Assembly: GCA_963678065.2 (NCBI GenBank)
Contig: CAXXVZ010000005.1
Location: 384,001-448,000 of the forward strand
Length of the DNA stretch: 64,000 nucleotides
Direction of reading: 5' to 3'
Source of the DNA: Treponemataceae bacterium
GTDB taxonomy: Bacteria; Spirochaetota; Spirochaetia; Treponematales; Rectinemataceae
This document shows positions 59,162-64,000 of this stretch, in pieces. The notes under the pieces are model-generated. The model saw only the letters and a program-made list of their open reading frames with translations. It was not told the DNA's origin and did no database searches. How positions within the stretch are numbered: the first letter of the stretch is position 1; each line of letters begins with the position of its first letter. The translations under genes and the position numbers were made by a program.

Positions 59162-60304
59162 TCAGTACAGGACGCACCGCACCTTGTGCCCGCCGCCGAG
59201 ATCGCGCAGGGCAGGGATCTCCTTTTTGCACACATCCTTCGCGTAGGGACAGCGGGGGTGGAAGCGGCACCCGGAAGGCGGATCGATAAGGGAGGGAATC
59301 TCCCCCCGCGCCTCCAGCCTCGCCTTCGGGCCACCCCGGATCGCCCTGTCGCGCGGTTCGGGGGAGGCCGACTTCAGGAGCCGGACGTAGGGATGGAGGG
59401 CGCGAGAGATCACTTCGTCGGTCGGGCCCGTCTCCATGATCATTCCCGCGTACATCACCGCGATCCGCGGACACATGTACCGTGCTCCGGCCAGGTCATG
59501 CGTGATGTAGAGGTAGGAGACGGAAGCCTTCTCCTTCAGGTCGAGCATCATGTTCATGATGCCCATGCGGATCGACACGTCGAGCATCGACGTCGGCTCG
59601 TCTGCGAGGATGATCTCGGGTCCCACGGCGAAGGACCGCGCGATGTTGACCCGCTGGCGCTGACCGCCTGAGAGTTCATGGGGGAATCTGCGGAGAAATT
59701 CGCGCGGAGGGGTCAGGCCGACTTTCTCGAGTATGTTGCAGAGTTGGTCTTCGAGATTTGCCCCGGCCCCGGAGGCGCCAAAGCTTGCGGCGGCTCTGTC
59801 TCCGGCTGCGGACGGGACCGCATGCCTGCCGGCCAATCCATGGATCAGGAAGGGGCGCTCCAGGATCGATCTGATGGTGTGGGTCGGGTTGAGGCTGCCG
59901 AAGGGGTCCTGGAAGATCATCTGGACTTTTTTCTTGTAGGCGAGAGCTTCCCGGCGGGTCCGGAAGGTCGAGACCTCTCTGCCTCCGACCCGGACCGTCC
60001 CGGAACTGTGGGCGTAGAGCCTCGCGATGACGCTGGCGGTCGTCGTCTTGCCGGAACCCGATTCCCCCACGAGGGCCAGGGATTCTCCCCTGTCCAGGCT
60101 GAAAGAGACATCGTCCATGGCATGGACGACCTTCCCGAATTTTCCGAAGGACCTGATCGGGAAATGTTTGCAGACGCCGCCGAGTTCGAGAACCGTATCG
60201 GAGCGGGTGGGGACAGTGGCCTCGCCGGCCGCTCCCTCCTCCATCGATGGGACAGAGTCTGTCTGCCTGAGACCGGTCCGCTCGTTTTTCTGTTCGATGC
60301 TCAC
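59162..60304 (-). CDS. Opp/Dpp-family ABC ATP-binding protein (OppF-like)
   Basis: GESGSGKTT, LSGGQRQR, ADEPTSMLDVS, GCRFHPRCP; GTG start overlapping the upstream stop. Confidence 0.92.
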   Translation of the reverse strand: MSIEQKNERTGLRQTDSVPSMEEGAAGEATVPTRSDTVLELGGVCKHFPIRSFGKFGKVVHAMDDVSFSLDRGESLALVGESGSGKTTTASVIARLYAHSSGTVRVGGREVSTFRTRREALAYKKKVQMIFQDPFGSLNPTHTIRSILERPFLIHGLAGRHAVPSAAGDRAAASFGASGAGANLEDQLCNILEKVGLTPPREFLRRFPHELSGGQRQRVNIARSFAVGPEIILADEPTSMLDVSIRMGIMNMMLDLKEKASVSYLYITHDLAGARYMCPRIAVMYAGMIMETGPTDEVISRALHPYVRLLKSASPEPRDRAIRGGPKARLEARGEIPSLIDPPSGCRFHPRCPYAKDVCKKEIPALRDLGGGHKVRCVLY

Positions 60305-61302
60305 AGGCCACCTCCGGGCAATCTGCAGGCGCAGCTCCGCCCGGGACCGAGGAGGGTCAGCGCGGGCTCCTCGCGGTCGCATCCCGCGAAAGCCATCGGG
60401 CAGCGCGGAGAGAAGCGGCAGCCCGGAGGAGGAGAGAGCAGGTCGGGCGCCCTCCCCTCGATCCCCCCCATCCGGGATATCGGGCCGGTCAGCGAGGGGA
60501 AGGAGTTCATGAGGCCGCGGGTATATGGGTGCTTCGGGTGCTCGAAGAGTTCCCACGCGGGGCCGTACTCGCAAATTTTCCCCGCGTACATGATGGCGAG
60601 CGAGTCCGATATCTCGACGAGGAGCGAGAGATCGTGCGTGATGAAGATCACGGAGAACCCGAGGGCTCTTCGCAGATCTTCGATCTTTTCGAGGATGGCG
60701 CGCTGGACGACGACGTCGAGAGCTGTCGTCGGCTCGTCCATGATGAGAAGGTCCGGTTTGAGGATGAGGGCCATCGCTATCATGACGCGCTGCTTCATGC
60801 CGCCGGAGAGCTGGTGCGGATAGCTCTTCATCCTGTCGGCATTGATGTCGACGAGTTTCAGCATCTCGACGGCCATCTCCCGCGCCTCGGCCTTCGGGAC
60901 GTTCCGGTGGGCATGCACGGCGTCCGTGAGCTGCTCGCCGACATCCAGAACCGGGTTCAAGGCGTTCATGGCCGACTGGAATACCATGGACATACCCGTC
61001 CAACGGTATTCCTTCATGGCCTCGGAGTCCAGACGGGCGATGTCGCGGCCCTTGTAAAGGATTTCGCCCGATTCGATCTTCGCGTTGTCGCGCAAGAGGC
61101 GCATGATCGCGTAGGCGAGCGTCGATTTCCCGCAGCCGGATTCGCCCGCGATGCCGAGAAATTCTCCGCGCCCGACGGAGAAGGACACGTCGTCCACGGC
61201 GCGGACAAAGCCCTTCATCGTGCCGTAGCCGGCCTTGAGAGAGCGCAGCTCGAGCGTGGGTACCGACGCGTCGACGACGTGGTCCGATTTATTGGTCGCC
61301 AT
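60301..61302 (-). CDS. Opp/Dpp-family ABC ATP-binding protein (OppD-like)
   Basis: GESGCGKST, FQSAMNALNP, LSGGMKQR, DEPTTALDVVVQ, GCRFSPRCP. Confidence 0.93.
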   Translation of the reverse strand: MATNKSDHVVDASVPTLELRSLKAGYGTMKGFVRAVDDVSFSVGRGEFLGIAGESGCGKSTLAYAIMRLLRDNAKIESGEILYKGRDIARLDSEAMKEYRWTGMSMVFQSAMNALNPVLDVGEQLTDAVHAHRNVPKAEAREMAVEMLKLVDINADRMKSYPHQLSGGMKQRVMIAMALILKPDLLIMDEPTTALDVVVQRAILEKIEDLRRALGFSVIFITHDLSLLVEISDSLAIMYAGKICEYGPAWELFEHPKHPYTRGLMNSFPSLTGPISRMGGIEGRAPDLLSPPPGCRFSPRCPMAFAGCDREEPALTLLGPGRSCACRLPGGGL

Positions 61303-61309
61303 CTTGAGC

Positions 61310-62287
61310 CTACCTCTTCCTGAGCCGCGGGTTCGATATTTCGTCGATCCCGAAATTGATGAGGACGAAGGAAGTCCCGAGAAGGGCGATACAGAGGCCG
61401 GGCGGCAGGAACCACCACCAGGCGCCCGCGAGGAGGGCACCGTTGCCCTGGGCCCAGAAGAGGATCGTTCCCCAGCTGACGACGGCGACATTGCCGAGCC
61501 CGATGAACTCGAGGGTCGCCTCACCCATGATGGCCGCCATGCTGATGGCGAAGAACTCGGCCATCACGATCGAGATCATGTTCGGCAGAATTTCGCGGAA
61601 CACGACGTAGAGAGGGGATTCTCCGAGCGATCTGGAAACCCGCACGAAGTCCCGGCTCTTCAGGGTCAGAACCTGGGAGCGCAAGAGGCGCGTCGGCCAG
61701 GGCCAGCCTGTGAGCCCCAGGATGAGGACGATGGGCAGGACCCCCTTCATGGTCACGTAGGCCGCGATAACGATCATGAGGGGAAGTCCGGGAAGGACGA
61801 GGAAGACGTTGGTGAAGAAGGAAATCACGTCGTCGACGACTCCGCCGAGATAGCCGGACAGAAGCGCGAGGGTGAGGGAGACGAAGGTGACGAAGAGTCC
61901 TGTGGCGAGTCCGACTGAGAGCGAGATCCGCGTGCCCATGACGAGCTGGCTGAAGAGGTCGTTGCCGGCGTGGTTCGTGCCGAGAATGTGGGCGGCGCCC
62001 GGCTTTGCGCGGAGGGGGAAATACTGGACGCGCTTCGAGTACTCGCGCGTCGTCGTCACGCTGTAGGTGGACAGATCCTCGTCTTCAGACGGAGAGTCCT
62101 CGCTCAGTATCTCCTTGTCGCCCGTCGTTTCCTTCACGAGGGTCTCGGTGACCCGCCTGTCTATCTTAGGACCGTAGGGCGCGATGAGGGGAGCGAAGAG
62201 GGCGACGAGAATGAAGAAGCCCAGGATGCAGAGCCCCGTGAGCGATTTGCGGTTCGATACGAGGGTCTTAAAAAAATCCTTTATCAT
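61310..62287 (-). CDS. Opp/Dpp-family permease (OppC-like)
   Basis: HILGTNHAGNDLF, GWPWPTR, EILPN, WWWFLPPG; start MIKDFF overlaps the OppB stop. Confidence 0.92.
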   Translation of the reverse strand: MIKDFFKTLVSNRKSLTGLCILGFFILVALFAPLIAPYGPKIDRRVTETLVKETTGDKEILSEDSPSEDEDLSTYSVTTTREYSKRVQYFPLRAKPGAAHILGTNHAGNDLFSQLVMGTRISLSVGLATGLFVTFVSLTLALLSGYLGGVVDDVISFFTNVFLVLPGLPLMIVIAAYVTMKGVLPIVLILGLTGWPWPTRLLRSQVLTLKSRDFVRVSRSLGESPLYVVFREILPNMISIVMAEFFAISMAAIMGEATLEFIGLGNVAVVSWGTILFWAQGNGALLAGAWWWFLPPGLCIALLGTSFVLINFGIDEISNPRLRKR

Positions 62288-63264
62288 TGGACACCGTCCC
62301 TCACCCTGGGGTCCAGGATCATGACGACGATATCCGCGAGGAAGTTGGCCACGAGAACCGAGGCGGCGATGAAGAGGAATATCGCCTGCATGAGGGGATA
62401 ATCCTTGGCGTTTATCGCCTGATAGAGCATGTAACCCACACCGGGGTAGGCGAAGACCATCTCCGTGAGGAGTCCGCCGCCCACGATGAAACCGAGCGAC
62501 ATGGCGAAGCCGGTCACGGAGGGGAGGACGGCGTTCTTGGCGGCGTAGAGAGTCTTGATCCTGGAGAGAGGAAGCCCCTTGGCCAGAGCAACCGCTATGT
62601 AGTCCTCGGCGAGAACGTTGATCATGTTGTTGCGCATGGTGAGGATCCAGGCCCCCATCGAGCTGAGGCAGATGGTCAGGGCCGGCAGCGCTCCGTGCTT
62701 CACGACGGAGAGGATCCATGCCCAGGAACCCCGGCTGGCCTCGTAGTCATAGGCTCCGCCCAGAGGAAAGAGTTTCAGATTGAAGGCGAGAAAGTAGATG
62801 AGAATCAGTCCGAGCCAGAAGTAGGGGAAGCTGCGGATGAAGGAGAAAACACCCACCGTGAAGGAGGCCAGCTTCGTCTCGCGCTTCCAGGCCGCCGCGA
62901 TCCCGATGAGCGTCCCCAGGGTGAAGCTGATGAGGGTGCAGAGCCCGAGGAGGCCGAGAGTCCAGGGAATGGCGATCCTCAATATGGAAGAGACAGGCAT
63001 GGGGAAGCGCGACAGCGAAATCCCGAGATCCCCCTTGGCCGTGTTGACAAGGTATTTGCCGTACTGGACGACAAGAGGATCCTTGGTATCGAGTCCGAAG
63101 GCCGCGCGGATCGAATCCAGCTGCTCGGGCGGAACCCCCTCCATCTTGTCGAGAAGAGCCCGGGCGGGATCGCCCGGCATCATCCTCGGCAGGAAAAAAT
63201 TGATCGAGACGGAGACGAGAAGGGTGAACAGAAGCAGACTGAACTTTCGGAGGAAATACTTCAA
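62284..63264 (-). CDS. Opp/Dpp-family permease (OppB-like)
   Basis: NFFLPRMMPGDP, GDLGIS, EDYIAVALAKGL, DYPLMQ, LDPRV; TTG start. Confidence 0.93.
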   Translation of the reverse strand: MKYFLRKFSLLLFTLLVSVSINFFLPRMMPGDPARALLDKMEGVPPEQLDSIRAAFGLDTKDPLVVQYGKYLVNTAKGDLGISLSRFPMPVSSILRIAIPWTLGLLGLCTLISFTLGTLIGIAAAWKRETKLASFTVGVFSFIRSFPYFWLGLILIYFLAFNLKLFPLGGAYDYEASRGSWAWILSVVKHGALPALTICLSSMGAWILTMRNNMINVLAEDYIAVALAKGLPLSRIKTLYAAKNAVLPSVTGFAMSLGFIVGGGLLTEMVFAYPGVGYMLYQAINAKDYPLMQAIFLFIAASVLVANFLADIVVMILDPRVRDGVQ

Positions 63265-63314
63265 CGCGACCTTCCTTGCGGGAACAGTGACTGAACCGGG
63301 GACAGATATCGTTT

Positions 63315-63368
63315 CGGGCAGCGACCGCGCCGGGACAGAATCCTGTCCTCCGGCGCGGTCGCTGCCCG
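63315..63368 (-). terminator. Long stem-loop between the substrate-binding and permease genes
   Basis: 19-bp perfect arms CGGGCAGCGACCGCGCCGG / CCGGCGCGGTCGCTGCCCG plus inner GACAG/CTGTC stem. Confidence 0.65.
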
Positions 63369-63419
63369 CACTGAAAACCGGCTTGCCATCACAAAAGACG
63401 GCAGGCCGGCATCAGCATA

Positions 63420-64000
63420 CTATTTTTTCTGCAGGCGCAGGAGGATGGGCGCCTTCTGCATGCCGGGAACGACGGGCCAGGCGTAGGGATCGTCCTCGCT
63501 CGGCCAGCCGACGAAGTTCTTGGTCGTGTACTCGAACCAGGTCGGGTTGAAGAACAGCGGCACGCAGGGAGCATCCTTCATGAACTGCTCGACGATTGCC
63601 GACAGGTACTTTTTCTGCGCTGTCGGGTCGGGCTCGGAGCGGTATTCGGTCAGGTTCGCGTCGATGTCCGCGTTCTTGTAGCGCATGTTGCTGAAGACCG
63701 GTGCCTTCTGTCCCAGGGGGGCGAACTTGGAGGAGTGGAGCCAGCGGTTGAACATGTACTGAGGATTGGAGCCAGTGGAGATGAAGTTGATCGCCAACTC
63801 GTAGTCGCCCTTCTCGAGGCTGGTCTGGTAGGGATCCGGCCAGGCGGCCTGGATGATGGTGGCATCGACGCCGATCTCTTTCAGCATGCCACAGATGGTC
63901 TCGGAGGCACCGATCCAGTCGGTCCAGTCGGTGGGGACATAGAGCTTGAAGGAGAGGGCTTTGCCGCCCTTCTCGTAGATTCCCTTGGAGTTGAGCTTGT
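63420..64000 (-). CDS. Opp-family (class 5) substrate-binding protein, C-terminal part (runs off window)
   Basis: Open to the edge: LYVPTDWTDW..LKEIGVDA, PCVPLF, WFEYTTKNFVGWPSEDDPY. Confidence 0.9.
   Translation of the reverse strand, partial: KLNSKGIYEKGGKALSFKLYVPTDWTDWIGASETICGMLKEIGVDATIIQAAWPDPYQTSLEKGDYELAINFISTGSNPQYMFNRWLHSSKFAPLGQKAPVFSNMRYKNADIDANLTEYRSEPDPTAQKKYLSAIVEQFMKDAPCVPLFFNPTWFEYTTKNFVGWPSEDDPYAWPVVPGMQKAPILLRLQKK

Noticed and set aside
1..64000. CRISPR array, tRNA, rRNA, prophage or intact integrase
   Set aside because: No regularly spaced repeats, cloverleaf/rRNA signatures or phage genes seen by eye

Overview
A 64-kb, GC-rich bacterial chromosomal window with about 55 protein-coding genes. 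I found no rRNA, tRNA or CRISPR array. A Treponema Msp/Tpr-like outer-sheath gene and a Treponema-type transposase remnant suggest a free-living anaerobic spirochaete (inference). Left to right: (1) a divergent DeoR/GlpR-controlled locus joining a Ugp-like ABC importer and glycerophosphodiester phosphodiesterase to an sn-glycerol-1-phosphate dehydrogenase and a URO-D-family protein; (2) FKBP, esterase, Fe-ADH, Ada, TspO, a MarR-regulated heterodimeric ABC exporter, GNAT and a decayed hydrolase; (3) a patatin/VanX-type D,D-dipeptidase fusion, a membrane GGDEF protein and a secreted Ntn hydrolase; (4) a LolA-like/beta-barrel/LolCDE-like operon behind an Msp-like gene; (5) a lower-GC islet with a small-protein/AbiEii-like nucleotidyltransferase pair (frameshifted exactly at a perfect palindrome), an IS remnant and an AAA-DUF4143 ATPase; (6) two AOR-family oxidoreductases, a ferredoxin and a ThiS/MoaD carrier flanking three tandem Wzi-like outer-membrane paralogs; (7) yitJ-metH, a TPR-GAF-GGDEF gene, mtnN and bcp; (8) an Opp-family ABC transporter, probably for oligosaccharides, running off the right edge. 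The best candidates for undescribed biology are the putative G1P-phosphodiester catabolic locus, the patatin-VanX fusion, the palindrome-disrupted TA pair, the Wzi-like triplet and the Lol-like/Msp envelope cluster. All family calls come from motif recognition by eye; no database searches were run.
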